DNA of 64,000 bases. Source: a bacterium (GTDB lineage Bacteria > Krumholzibacteriota > Krumholzibacteriia > G020349025). A program made the position numbers and the translations under genes. The stretch spans positions 128,001 through 192,000 of the forward strand of contig JANLSU010000039.1 of the NCBI GenBank assembly GCA_031362565.1, given 5' to 3'. The notes beneath the pieces were generated by a model. It was given only the letters and a program-made list of their open reading frames with translations. It was not told where the DNA came from and made no database searches. Below, one piece after another: positions 29,501 to 39,969 of this stretch (positions within the stretch are counted from its first letter, which is position 1; the number at the start of each line of letters is the position of its first letter).

Positions 29501-29680
29501 CTCATGGGCGATCTGTCTTACACGCTCGGAACACCGCGGTGGTTCGATTTCCCGCAAACCCAAGTCGGGGCGCGTGCGGCATGGCGAACCCTGGACAACC
29601 ATTCACCGCGCTTGGTCACGGCGCCCGGGAAAAACGGTCGCGAATGGGAGATCCGGACATACCTGCACGTGGGTCTGTGA
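26543..29680 (+). CDS. Secreted clan GH-A TIM-barrel glycosidase (GH2/GH158-like) fused to a ~600-aa beta-rich, probably outer-membrane barrel domain (1045 aa)
   Basis: AGGAGG RBS and ATGA overlap with GH1; signal peptide; GVNAIRVY, WLLGNENNY, MFTEFG, FQWSDGWWK, NEEWWGI. C-terminal region of alternating-hydrophobic strands ending WEIRTYLHVGL. Confidence 0.8.
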   Translation: MTPNRRHAVAAITAIAALLTTARASAQAADAPRTSVVRVAADAAGTKLQVDGKDFMVFGMNWDYCPIGQNYNYGLWGQPDDIIEAALGREMPLLKGMGVNAIRVYVGIPPRWVRYIYEHYGIYTVINHPIARYGYTLDGVWIPSVDYSSPRLRAALAAEITALVDQFRGVPGVLMWLLGNENNYGLSWTSFEIEALPAGERDAARARQLYSLFGEIIRTVKAHDPDRPVAIANGDVQYVDIIAQECKGLDVFGTNVYRGISARDLFQVVHDKLGVPVMFTEFGSDAWNAKDMREDQIMQARYLVGQWREIYEQSSGKGRVGNAIGGFVFQWSDGWWKFGQESRLDIHDTNASWPNGGYVEDFVPGRNNMNEEWWGICAKGQPDDRGLYEEYPRAAYYALRRALRLDPYAPGTDLAVIQGHFAACDPVLSGLEARGDRASLAADGLERVRLSGLRLEFETFSTGGSRITTPRASAPQASLPSYLGFDHLESFYADVQVQPNPSVTGTVSFNVLGHVPLNRIDQINYENRGRTRTVLTDEAPPPGGFEPPLQLEGIERVKVYRGNVSWDAPRFQLEGFYRTGHTHWGYEGDFFGLYRDAYYGTNIDIYNGEAPVGIEMSGKGGLAGWKLAFGPQLWWGANPAFLLKYRHNIGSFDTAALFQEDIANQSSVTSSNAVPPRRTRKATLQMKTRRGPLGIEVGGIWAGSPRVDESFQIAAGTSGNYRILQDHVVATDALGVKGKVTVERGLWHWYAQAAYMGLVADGGPTAPITFTGWSLKDTGSGNQTNAITGLAVNFGNFQFGPNFLWQKPIVGPVPGDVQSPGRPRNILDDPFAVRANRETVGGELLLAYDPTPATWMWAWDNDVREDARLAASLGLAIRHLPTTQDASIGIQADGRTTFPFPGAPPPRDLWEARTRLVSRLRSDIRMVTHLFAGAGEPNGNDPRVVHRYGADTRLAWGSMTLATAAKWNDWGPYDYHRDGNLTFPVQLMGDLSYTLGTPRWFDFPQTQVGARAAWRTLDNHSPRLVTAPGKNGREWEIRTYLHVGL

Positions 29681-29681
29681 G

Positions 29682-30641
29682 CTACTTCGCGAGGTGGCAG
29701 GCGGCCGCGTGACCGGGGCGGTACTGGACGAGCTCCGGCGTGCGTACGCGGCAGAGATCCACGGCTACGGCGCAACGCGGGTGGAAACGACAGCCCGCGG
29801 GTGGGTTGCGCAAACTCGGTGGCGTGCCTGGGATACTCGCGAGTTCCACGGCGCCGCCGTGTAACGCCGGAAACGCCCGCAGGAGTCCTTGGGTGTAAGG
29901 ATGCAGCGGCGCGCGCCGGAGCTCCGCCACCGGCGCGATCTCGACCAGCCGGGCGGCATAGAAGACCGCGACACGGTCCGAGAACTGCAGCATGCGCGCC
30001 AGGTCGTGGGTGATCAATATCACGGCGAAACCCAGCCGACGCTGCAGGGCGCGGATCTGCTCGAGGATTTCGCGTTCGACGATCACATCCAGTGCGGTCG
30101 TGGGCTCGTCCAGAATGACCAAGGCGGGTTCCAGCGCCAGGGCCAGCGCGATGTTCACCCGCTGCCGCATGCCACCCGACAGTTGGTGTGCATAGGAGTC
30201 GAGCCGGTCGCCGGGCATCCCGACCATACGCAAGAGTTCCGCGGCTCGGGTGCGCGCCGCGTCGCGGCTCGGCGCGTCATGCGCGAGAAGTGTATCGACG
30301 ATCTGCTCGCCAACCGTGATCACCGGGTTCAGTGCGTCCATCGCGCTCTGAAAAACCATCGAAATGCGTTTCCAACGCAGGGTGCGCAATTCCGGCTCGG
30401 GGAGCGACAGCAGATCGCGTCCTTCGAATTGGACACTGCCGCCTGAAATGACCGCCGGCGGCGGCAGGATACGCAGCAGTGCCTGCGCCATGGTGGACTT
30501 GCCGCTGCCCGACTCGCCCGCGACACCCAGGATCTCGCCTGGTCCGACGTCCAGCGAAACGTGATCGATGGCGCGCACCGGCCCTTGGTCTGTGATGTAA
30601 TCGATGCAGAGGTCGCGAATGGACAGGATTGGTTCAGTCAC
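29682..30641 (-). CDS. Opp/Dpp-family ABC ATP-binding subunit (OppD-like)
   Basis: GESGSGKS, LSGGMRQR, ILDEPTTALD, HPYT, GCRFHPRC. GTG start overlaps the permease end. Confidence 0.95.
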   Translation of the reverse strand: MTEPILSIRDLCIDYITDQGPVRAIDHVSLDVGPGEILGVAGESGSGKSTMAQALLRILPPPAVISGGSVQFEGRDLLSLPEPELRTLRWKRISMVFQSAMDALNPVITVGEQIVDTLLAHDAPSRDAARTRAAELLRMVGMPGDRLDSYAHQLSGGMRQRVNIALALALEPALVILDEPTTALDVIVEREILEQIRALQRRLGFAVILITHDLARMLQFSDRVAVFYAARLVEIAPVAELRRAPLHPYTQGLLRAFPALHGGAVELASIPGTPPSLRNPPAGCRFHPRCAVAVDLCRVRTPELVQYRPGHAAACHLAK

Positions 30642-31575
30642 GATCCAACACCACCGGCGTCGAACGCGTCGGCTGCTGATGCCGAACGACAAGATACTTG
30701 CGCCAGGCGCGCTCCAACTGCAACCGCGGATTGGTGACTTCGTCAAACCCGGAGTTGAGCATCGTCAGACCAAAGCCCACCAGCGCCACACACAGCCCAG
30801 TGGGCGCGAACGTCCACCAGGCACCGGTGAGGAGCGCTGCGTCATTTTGTGCCCAGTAGAGATTCGTTCCCCAGGTCACGGCAGAAACGTCGCCGAGGCC
30901 CAGGAACTCGAGCCCTACCTGCGCGCCGATCGCGTACACCGTGCTGCCGATGACCTGCGCCACCAGCAACGAAGTCATGTTCGGCAGAATCTCACGCGTC
31001 ACGATGCGGAAGTTCGACTCCCCCGACACGACCGCGGCAGCGACAAAATCGCGTTTGCGCAACGCCAGCGTCTGGGCGCGGATGACGCGGGCGTTCCACG
31101 CCCACCCGGTGACGATGAGGACGAGCGCCAGCGTGAACGGCCCGGAGGGCAGGTACGCGGCGATGACGATCGCAAGCGGCAGCCCGGGGATGACCAGGAA
31201 AATGTTGAAGAGCAGCGAGAGGATCCCGTCGACACGCCGGCCGAAGTACCCAGCCGTGACACCGACGAGCGCCCCCACGAACACGACGATCACGCCCACT
31301 CCGAAACCGATCGCGAGCGAAATCCGAGTCCCGGTCACGACCTGGGCCAGCACGTCTTGCCCCTGGCCCGTTGTTCCGAGCCAATGCGCCACCGAGGGCG
31401 GCTGCAGCGGTATCCCGACGAGAGCATCCGGTTCGCCGACGAACCACCGGCCGAACAATGCGATGGCTGCAAAGAAAGCCAGAACGACTGCACCGATCGT
31501 CGCCTTGCGGTCGCGGCGAATCGCCATCCACCAGGCGGCCACGCCAGTCACCTTGCGGTCCAGAGCGGCGCTCAC
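30634..31575 (-). CDS. Opp/Dpp-family ABC permease (OppC-like)
   Basis: HWLGTTGQGQDV, multiple TM helices, EAA-type loop DFVAAAVVSGES, FLGLGD...WG. GTGA overlap with the upstream permease. Confidence 0.95.
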   Translation of the reverse strand: MSAALDRKVTGVAAWWMAIRRDRKATIGAVVLAFFAAIALFGRWFVGEPDALVGIPLQPPSVAHWLGTTGQGQDVLAQVVTGTRISLAIGFGVGVIVVFVGALVGVTAGYFGRRVDGILSLLFNIFLVIPGLPLAIVIAAYLPSGPFTLALVLIVTGWAWNARVIRAQTLALRKRDFVAAAVVSGESNFRIVTREILPNMTSLLVAQVIGSTVYAIGAQVGLEFLGLGDVSAVTWGTNLYWAQNDAALLTGAWWTFAPTGLCVALVGFGLTMLNSGFDEVTNPRLQLERAWRKYLVVRHQQPTRSTPVVLDRD

Positions 31576-32555
31576 GATGACGACTCCCGGGTGCGCGGAT
31601 CGAGCCACAGGTAAACCAGGTCGACGACCCAGTTCGCGCCCAGCACCGCCAGCGTGATCACCAAGAAGATGCCCTGCATGAGTGGGTAGTCCTGGTTCCG
31701 CACCGCCTGCACCAGCAAGTACCCTTGGCCCGGGTAGGAAAAGACGATCTCGGTGAGCAGCGATCCGCCCAATACGAAACCCAGCGCCATACCGAAGCCA
31801 GTGACACTGGGGAGCAAGGCATTACGAGCCGCGTAGCGGAACGCCACCCGCGATGGGCGGACGCCCTTCGCACGGGCCAGATTGACATAGTCCGACCCGA
31901 GGATCGCGATCATGGTGTTGCGCATGGTGAGCAACCATCCACCCAGAGTGGCCAGCACCACGGTCGCAACCGGCAGCACCGCGTGCCGCGCGACGTCCGC
32001 GAGGAACGCGGCTGAGAAACTCGGCGTCAGGTCATCGGCGTACGCGTGTCCGAGTGGCAGCCAGCCGAGCGAAAACCCGAACACGTAGAGAGCCACCATC
32101 GCCAGCCAGAAATACGGGAATGAACCCAGAAAAGCGAAAGTGGAAGGCAGCCAAGTATCGATCCAACCGTGGCGCCACCAGGCCGAAGCGATGCCAAGCA
32201 GGGTGCCGATCGCGAAGCTGATCAGGACCGCCGAGCCCGCGAGAAAGAGCGTCCACAGAAGGCCGGTGCGAATGACGTCCGCGACCGGCGCCGGGAAATA
32301 GGCGACTGAAATGCCAAGGTCACCGCGCATGACGTGCCCGAGGTATGTGAAATATTGCCCCAAGAGCGGCGCATTCGTCAGGCCAAAGGCCGCCCGGAGT
32401 GCCTGCATCGCCTCCGGGGCGAGCCGGCCGTGGAAACGCGCGAAAAGCGCCGTGGCAGGGTCGCCCGGCATGAGGCGCGGCAAGAAGAAGTTCAGTGTCA
32501 CAGCCAGCCACGCCGCGAGAAGGTAAAAGCCGAACCGCCGCAAGATGTAGCGCAT
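31572..32555 (-). CDS. Opp/Dpp-family ABC permease (OppB-like)
   Basis: MRYILRR...RLMPGDPA, GDLGIS, DYVNLARAKG, YPGQG, DYPLMQG, LDPR. Confidence 0.95.
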   Translation of the reverse strand: MRYILRRFGFYLLAAWLAVTLNFFLPRLMPGDPATALFARFHGRLAPEAMQALRAAFGLTNAPLLGQYFTYLGHVMRGDLGISVAYFPAPVADVIRTGLLWTLFLAGSAVLISFAIGTLLGIASAWWRHGWIDTWLPSTFAFLGSFPYFWLAMVALYVFGFSLGWLPLGHAYADDLTPSFSAAFLADVARHAVLPVATVVLATLGGWLLTMRNTMIAILGSDYVNLARAKGVRPSRVAFRYAARNALLPSVTGFGMALGFVLGGSLLTEIVFSYPGQGYLLVQAVRNQDYPLMQGIFLVITLAVLGANWVVDLVYLWLDPRTRESSS

Positions 32556-32564
32556 GCACTCCTC

Positions 32565-34234
32565 CTAGCGTGGGGCAAGCGTGGTGAGGACCAAGAGGCA
32601 CTCGCCCCGGTCGAGTTTGTTAGGAGAAGGATCGGCGTACGGTTCCGCGGCCGAGGGGAACCCGGTGAAGCGGCTCGTGTTGTACTCCGCCCAAGAAGGA
32701 TTCGGATACAACGGGATTGCTGGAGCTTCGGCAACGAAGGTGCGCTGCAGCGCGTCGCTCAGTTCGTGCTGACGCGCCGGATCGGGTTCGCGCTCGAATG
32801 CCGTGAGCGCCCGGTCGGCCGCCGGGCTTCCGTAACGATGCCAGTTCCCCATCGACGGCGTGCCGATCGGGCCTACCGTCGCCGAAGACATGAACCAGCG
32901 ATAGAACGAATACGGCGTCGGCCCCTCGAACGAGTATCCCATGCTGAGATCGAAGTTTCCTTCTTGGACCCGCTGGAACCAGGCGCTGAAATCATAGGTG
33001 CGAACGGTCGCCTTGATGCCCACGTCACGCAGCCCGCGCGCGATGACTTGCGCGGCGCGCACCCAATCCGACCAGCCGGAGACCGTGAGGATTTCGTATT
33101 GCCACGGAGCACCGTCGGGCAGGCGGCGGATGCCATCGGTGCCGCGCCGATAACCTGCTTCGTCCAAGAGCGCGCCGGCGCGTGCCACGTCGTGGCGCAC
33201 CCAATCACCGCTCGCAGCGATATCGGCGTTGCGCCACGCCGAATAGGCATCGCTCAAACCAGTGGCGTCGCAGGGGCGCGAGTACCGGTACAAGGCCACG
33301 TCGACGAGGAGGTCGCGATCGATGGCCATGCTGAGTGCCTTCCGCACTGGCACCTTGTCGAACGGCGTACGCGTCGTATTGGCGTAGAGAAAGATGCTGC
33401 TGCCGGTGAGTGGAAACCAGTAGTGATGCGACTGCGGCTGGCGGCGCACGAAGACGCGGTCGATGGCGGGAATGAAATTCCCCGCCCAGTCGACCTCATC
33501 AAAGACCAGTGCGAGGTTGGCGCGGTCATTGCCGGGGTAGGCAGGAAAGCGCAGCGCCTCGACCTTGGGCAAACCGGCTTGCCAGTAGCGCGGATTGCGA
33601 CCGAGTTCGTAGACCTGGTTCTGGAAAACCCGCACTTCCGTGAACGGCCCGGTCGCGACCGGGTGCTCGTTGGCATACGTGACCGGATCCGGAACGTCCT
33701 TCCAAGTGTGCTCGGGCACGATCTGCTGCGCAGCAATCTCGTCGAAGCCCGGGATGAAGACGCGCTGGAATCGAAAATCGACCGTGCGTTGATCGACAGC
33801 CTGCACGCCGGCCAAAAAGCCCCAGACGCCACGCCGATCGAGCGCCCGGTGCCGTTGCAGGAGTTCGAACGTAAAGGCCACATCTCGCGCCGTGAACGGC
33901 TGCCCGTCCGACCATAGAACGCTGTCGCGCGTCGTGACCCGTAGCACGAGGTTGTCTTCACGCCACTGACGCTCGAGCGCCAGCCACGGCACGAACTTGG
34001 CCTGCAGGCTATTGAAGACGAAGAGCGGTTCGTAGATCCCCGCGAGAGTCGGCCATCGCGCCGCGGTGGCGGTCGTCAAGGGATTGAAGTTGCGCACCCA
34101 TGAGGCCTGCTGCTCCTGCGAAACCACGAGGACTCCGCGCGGCGGATGCGGGCGGTCCTGAGCGCACGCCGCGGCCAGGACGGCCGCAAGAGCGAACGTG
34201 AACCGGGCAGCGCTCTGGACCCGGGCGGCGGCGT

Positions 34235-34238
<4 letters not shown>
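32565..34238 (-). CDS. Family 5 solute-binding lipoprotein, probably oligosaccharide-binding (557 aa)
   Basis: Lipobox LAAAC; RNFNP, IYEPL, WSDGQPFTARDVAFTF, PVATGPF, GWSDW, PAIPLY. ATGA overlap with GH16. Confidence 0.92.
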
Positions 34239-35058
<820 letters not shown>

Positions 35059-35062
<4 letters not shown>

Positions 35063-36294
35063 GAGGCGTCCTTTAGACGTGCCGCCGCCGGGAAAAGGCG
35101 CGAGTCGGCGAGCGCCGACTTGAGAACGAGAGTCGCGGCACCGACGGCGACGGACTGCGGACCGAGCTCGCTGGTTCGCACTTCGGCGGCTTCGATCGAA
35201 CTCACGAGAGTGCGGCGCCGCACTGTTTCGTTGAGTGGCCCGAGGAGCAGTTCGCCGAGCGGTGCCAGGTCACCCCCCAAAACGACCAGCGCCGGGTTCA
35301 TGAGGTTCAACATGCCGGCCACCGCGATCCCCAAGTACTCCGCCGCTTCCCGCACGATGCGCACCGCCATGGGATCGCCGGCGAGCGCCGCGTCCTCGAT
35401 CGCAGCGACGGTCGGCGGGCTGCCGGCAAGCGCACTGTGGGGGTATTCGGCGAGCAGCCTGCTGGCGCGTTCCACGAGTGCGGCCTGGCCAACGAGGGTG
35501 CCGAGACAACCGCGCAGGCCGCACATGCACGGCGAACCGTGTGGGTCGATGGGTAGGTGCCCGATCTCTCCGGCGACACCGGTCGCACCGCGATAGATAT
35601 TGCCGTCAATGACATGGCCCGAACCCACGCCTGTCGCAACTTTGATGTAGGCGAAATGATCGACACCCCGTCCCGCCCCCCACCAATGCTCGGCGAGAGC
35701 GCCCAAATTCGCGTCGTTGTCCACGAGCACCGGGACGCCATAACGCCGGCTCAGGACTTCGAACCCGTGGCGCCCGTGCCAGTCAGGAAGCACCAATTCC
35801 GAGAGCCGTTCGGGATGGCGAGGATCCATTGGGCATGGAACCGCGACCCCGATGCCCACCAGCCGGCGAACGCCACGTCGCCACGCCTTGATACCGGCAT
35901 CGCAGAGCTCGAGGATCAGTGCCCGAGCACCGTCCGGGTCGGTGCGCACCGGGTGGCGGCGTTCGTCCCAAGCAAGCACGTGACCACGCAAATCGGTCAG
36001 CGCGACCGCCACGTGCGCCGCGCCCATTTCAACTCCCAGGATTCCGCACGCCTGGTCCTGAAACTGCAGCACCACCGGGCGGCGTCCACCGGTCGACGCC
36101 TCGGTTCCGACCTCGGCGATGAGTCCGGTGCGGAGCAGTTCCACCACGATTTCCGAAACAGTCGAGCGCGCCAGCTCGGTCCGGCGGGCAATCTCGGCGC
36201 GCGAGATCTCACGCTCGCGCCAGATGAGCCGCAGCAACGAGTCGATGAGTGGGCGCGGGCGCACTGCCGTAACGCGCCGCGCACCGTTTGTCAC
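35059..36294 (-). CDS. ROK-family transcriptional repressor (start uncertain)
   Basis: HTH ISRAEIARRTELARSTVSEIV, GGRRP linker, DNDANLGALAE, GEIGH, CMCGLRGCL zinc motif. Confidence 0.93.
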
Positions 36295-36353
36295 CGCGGC
36301 TGCCTTCGTCAATCGCCCATCGCTTCGTACCGGCACGTCCACCCCCGCGGCCC

Positions 36354-37772
36354 TTACTTGTGGAAGTAGAGGTTGTCGATATACTCGGTCTTCAGGCCGC
36401 TGCCCGAGAGAAAAAGCTGTGCGAGATGAGCCCGGTTGGTAAGAGCGGGGGGGGGAGTAATCGTCGCAAAGTCCGCCAACGGGATCTCGAGTCCAACCCA
36501 TGCACCATGCACCAAGGGCGGAGTGGAAGTCGCGTTGAACGTGAGTTCGCCTTCCGTGTCATCCCCACCGCTGAATTGGCCGTTGGCGCCGAAATCGACG
36601 AGCTTCACCTTGAACTCCGAGCCTTCTCCGACCCAGACATCGAGATGGAAGTGCGTCATCTGCGTCGCATCGATGGGCTGTGAAACGAACTCGATCGCGG
36701 CGAAGCCGCGATGCGTATACAGCTTCACGTCGTTGCCGGCGATTTGCGTATCGGTAACGTCGGCGTAGTCCCAATCCGGGGACCAGGTGTCGACCGGCAC
36801 GTTGGTGTAGGCGTTGCTGAACAATGAGATGACGTTTGCCGCAAGAACCGTCGGCGTCGGCGCTGCCGTGGCGGGAGGAGCGGTGATGTTCAGAGTGATC
36901 GCCCCGTTCACGGGGACGGTTTCGAGCTTGGCCGTGATGGTGGCTGTGCCGCCAGCAACGGCCTGGACCACGCCGTCGACGACCGTCGCCACACTCGCAT
37001 TCGACGACTCGAACGTGAAGTATGCCGGCGAGTGGGCCACCGTCTGATCGGTACCGTCGACGTTGAAGATTACCCGCGCGCTATCGATGGTCACCGGCGT
37101 ACCTACGAAAGTACTCACGGTCTTCGAGGCCATAAATGGCCGCGGATCGGTGATCGTGGCGACCGTTTCGAACTTGACCTCGTCGAAATACAGGTCATAC
37201 CCCAAGCCATTCTCCGGCCCTTCGGAGAAGAAGAACAGGCCTTTTTCGGAGGTCAGCTTCGTCGCCGATGGAATGGGCACCACGTACTTCGTCCAAGTCG
37301 TGGAGAGGGGGAGGTCGCCCGACTTGGCGAGGTATGTCGTTGTGGCGAGGTATGCCGGGGCGGGGCCGATGTCGATTCCAATCCCGGCCTCGCTGAGCGT
37401 CGGATGCGCGCTCCGCTGCTGGCCGATCTTGGCCCAGAAGGTCAGGGCGTTGTACCCCGAGAGATCGCGGGCCAGAGTCGTCGTGAAGGTACCGCCGGCA
37501 TAACTCGCATCGGGATTGCCCGGATTGGGGACGGTGACCTTGAGCGATGCTGTACCGAGGTACTTTTCCGTGGTCTCGAGGGCCACGGCGTCGTAGTTCG
37601 AACCGAGAAAAGCCTGGAAGGTCGCGTAGTTACCAAAGTTATCGTCGAACACAATCGGGTCGTTGTTCGGAGGTGCGGGCGCCAACGTGTCGGTCTCCCG
37701 GCCGCAACCGGTGGTTGCGAGAACCGCGATACTCGCGGTCGCGACCAGTAGGAACGCGATTCTCAGTCGCAT
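36354..37772 (-). CDS. Surface lipoprotein with CBM-like and Ig-like domains (putative glycan-binding protein, 472 aa)
   Basis: GGAG RBS, lipobox ATTGC; RDLSGYNALTFWAK; Ig-like SSNASVATV; AAPTPT..AANVISLFSNAY...YIDNLYFHK module, which I recall from Bacteroidota laminarin loci (not verified by search). Confidence 0.8.
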   Translation of the reverse strand: MRLRIAFLLVATASIAVLATTGCGRETDTLAPAPPNNDPIVFDDNFGNYATFQAFLGSNYDAVALETTEKYLGTASLKVTVPNPGNPDASYAGGTFTTTLARDLSGYNALTFWAKIGQQRSAHPTLSEAGIGIDIGPAPAYLATTTYLAKSGDLPLSTTWTKYVVPIPSATKLTSEKGLFFFSEGPENGLGYDLYFDEVKFETVATITDPRPFMASKTVSTFVGTPVTIDSARVIFNVDGTDQTVAHSPAYFTFESSNASVATVVDGVVQAVAGGTATITAKLETVPVNGAITLNITAPPATAAPTPTVLAANVISLFSNAYTNVPVDTWSPDWDYADVTDTQIAGNDVKLYTHRGFAAIEFVSQPIDATQMTHFHLDVWVGEGSEFKVKLVDFGANGQFSGGDDTEGELTFNATSTPPLVHGAWVGLEIPLADFATITPPPALTNRAHLAQLFLSGSGLKTEYIDNLYFHK

Positions 37773-37847
37773 GTGTCGTCTCCGGGTTTGGCCCGGGGTT
37801 CCGAACCCCAGACCCCTCGACGCATGGTACAACACCACGCGTCCGAC

Positions 37848-37898
37848 TCTTTGTTCGGATCTCGAACAAAGAATGGACGGCCCGGCTGGGCCTGTCAA
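37848..37898 (-). promoter_or_regulatory. Palindromic operator copy 3 with overlapping sigma70-like promoter
   Basis: Perfect arms TCTTTGTTCG-GATCT-CGAACAAAGA at 37848-37872. On the minus strand, TTGACA (37898-37893), N17, CATTCT (37875-37870), facing the operon that contains the ROK gene. Confidence 0.85.
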
Positions 37899-38179
37899 GC
37901 GCCCCGGGAATTCAGGCCCAATCAGCCCGCGCGTCGCCCCCGCCGGGCGCTGGCAAGGGGGGGCGCGGCGCAAGGCGGCGACTCGGAATTCGGCCTGCTA
38001 CCGGGCGTCTGCCACAGAACCCTCGGCGGACAAAGGGGTCCGTTATGATTCTTCGCTTGAGCGATTGCCAGCCGTTTCCATATGATCCGTATTGCTACCC
38101 GAGCAGCCGCGCCTGGATCCTGAAGCAGAGTTTCCTTGATTCGGTCGTTCTTACCCAAAGACAACGAGGAGAGACTGCG

Positions 38180-38662
38180 ATGAAGAAGTGTTTACTAATT
38201 CTCGCAACCGTCGCGTTGGCAGTGATCCCGACCGCCGCGTTCGCGACGTTTTCGGTCATTCAGGATTCGTGTCGGAGCGCCGGTAATACCGTGACCACGT
38301 ATTTCTCGGTCGTGAACTTCAATTCGCCCGTGCCGGTTTGTGACCTGCACTTCCAGCCCGAGAACCCGGTCCCCGGATGCATCATGATCGCGTGCGGAGC
38401 ACCGGCCGGATGGGGCTGTAGCTTCATTCCGGTCACCGGTGGCGTTTCATGGGAAGCGCTGTTCCCCGGCCCGGACTGCATCGTCGCGGGTTCTCGGAAG
38501 GGCGGCTTCAGCTTCACGTTGGATCCGGACTTCTGCTGTTACGTGGTCAGCTTCACGGGCCCGCAGCACGAGATACTCGGCGAACAGGAAGAATGCTTCA
38601 CCTGCGTGCACGTCGGCGTGCAGAACAAGACTTGGAGCGACGTCAAGAGGCTCTACAACTAA
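38180..38662 (+). CDS. Small secreted Cys-rich protein with TWSDVKRLYN tail (160 aa)
   Basis: GAGGAG RBS, signal peptide MKKCLLILATVALAVIPTAAFA, 10 Cys in the mature part, ends VGVQNKTWSDVKRLYN. Confidence 0.85.
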   Translation: MKKCLLILATVALAVIPTAAFATFSVIQDSCRSAGNTVTTYFSVVNFNSPVPVCDLHFQPENPVPGCIMIACGAPAGWGCSFIPVTGGVSWEALFPGPDCIVAGSRKGGFSFTLDPDFCCYVVSFTGPQHEILGEQEECFTCVHVGVQNKTWSDVKRLYN

Positions 38663-38663
38663 C

Positions 38664-38727
38664 CCAAGGAAATTCTCCTTGGCGTGAGATCGCGGCGCCA
38701 GGCTGGTCCCGGCGCCGGGTCGTTTTT
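38664..38727 (+). terminator. Two hairpins plus T-tract after the Cys-rich gene
   Basis: CCAAGGA-AATTC-TCCTTGG (38664-38682), then a CGGCGCC...GGCGCCG stem followed by GGTCGTTTTT. Confidence 0.6.
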
Positions 38728-39151
38728 GCGGCGCAGCGCCTGTGCCACGGTGCTGTCGGGGCGTTGCTTCCGAGTTGGCTTCTAGGGCGCCTTGCTCACG
38801 CAGCCGGTCGCGATCTCGGCAATGCCGCCTGCTCCGACCCGGCTTGGGTCAGGAATCCCCGACCCGCGACGACGCGATCCCCGCCGGAACCCGCGGACTG
38901 CACGGAGTTTCAGCCGCGGCGCCATCCGCGGGGTCGCGAACCCAGGTGACCACGTCCCATTCGTCGACCTGCCGTCCCACGCAGGCCGCCGCGCGACCTC
39001 GATTCGCTCCCCAAACCGATCGCCGAACCTCGCGAGGCATGCCGGCATCGGAGCCGCGGAATACCTCGCCAGGGAGTCGGCGGGGATCTAGAATTGAGGG
39101 TCCGGGTGAGTCCGCAACGTGCCGTGGAACGCGCCGCGGCGAGGAGTCCAC

Positions 39152-39358
39152 ATGATGCGTCGGCCCGAGTTGGTCGCACTGTTCGAGGCCGAACTCGCCC
39201 GCCGCGAGCCCCTCGACCACCGTCGCAATCTGGCTGTGTTCGAAGCCCTATTCCGCGAGGCGCGCGCGCTCGGCGTGCTTCCCGGAATCGATTTACTGGA
39301 AGGCCTCGATGTCGACATCCGCCTGGCGCGAGCGCTGAATGTTCGAATCCCTTCTTGA
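39152..39358 (+). CDS. Small helical protein (68 aa), partner of the nucleotidyltransferase
   Basis: GAGGAG RBS at 39141-39146, MMRRPELVALFEAEL...DIRLARALNV; overlaps the next gene by 20 bp. Confidence 0.7.
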   Translation: MMRRPELVALFEAELARREPLDHRRNLAVFEALFREARALGVLPGIDLLEGLDVDIRLARALNVRIPS

Positions 39359-39893
39359 GCGTATCGCAACGGCGCTCGATGCGGCAGCGATTCCCTACAT
39401 GGTGATCGGCGGGCAGGCCGTTCTCGTGCACGGCGAGCCGCGCCTCACCCGGGATATCGATATTACTCTGGGAATCGACATCGATCGGTTGGAGCAGGTG
39501 CTTGCGGTGGCCGCCGGGCTTGGATTCACCCCACTCGTGGATCCGGACAAGTTCACTCGCGAGACACTGGTATTGCCGTGCCAAGACGCGGTCACGACGA
39601 TTCGGATCGATTTCATCTTCTCGTTTTCGTCCTACGAGCGCCAGGCGATTGGCCGCGCCTGCCGGGTGCGAATGGGCGGGGCGGATGTTCGCTTCGCGTC
39701 CGTCGAGGACCTGATCGTGCACAAGATCCTGGCGGGGCGCCCGCGGGATCTTGAAGACGTGCGCTCCGTTCTAAACAAGAACCCGGCGGCCGACCGTGCG
39801 TTCGTTCGTAGAACCCTGGCCGAGTTCGCTTCTGCGGTCGGAGAGCCGCTCGTGGCGCGATTTGACGGCATCGTGGGAACTCCCGAGTCCTGA
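39339..39893 (+). CDS. Nucleotidyltransferase-fold protein (DUF6036/AbiEii-like), 184 aa
   Basis: YMVIGGQAV..HG.PRLTRDIDI, IDF, EDLIVHK..AGRPRDLEDV. Confidence 0.85.
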   Translation: MFESLLERIATALDAAAIPYMVIGGQAVLVHGEPRLTRDIDITLGIDIDRLEQVLAVAAGLGFTPLVDPDKFTRETLVLPCQDAVTTIRIDFIFSFSSYERQAIGRACRVRMGGADVRFASVEDLIVHKILAGRPRDLEDVRSVLNKNPAADRAFVRRTLAEFASAVGEPLVARFDGIVGTPES

Positions 39894-39969
39894 GCGCCCT
39901 GGTTCATGGACAGCAAGGGGCGCGCCTCGCGAAGCGCGAGCCCATTGACCGAGCTCGAGAACCGCGCGG

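Noticed and set aside
38730..39085. GC-rich intergenic stretch with short inverted repeats as a possible ncRNA or MITE
   Set aside because: No recognisable RNA family motif, terminal inverted repeats or second copy; such pairing is expected at this GC level.
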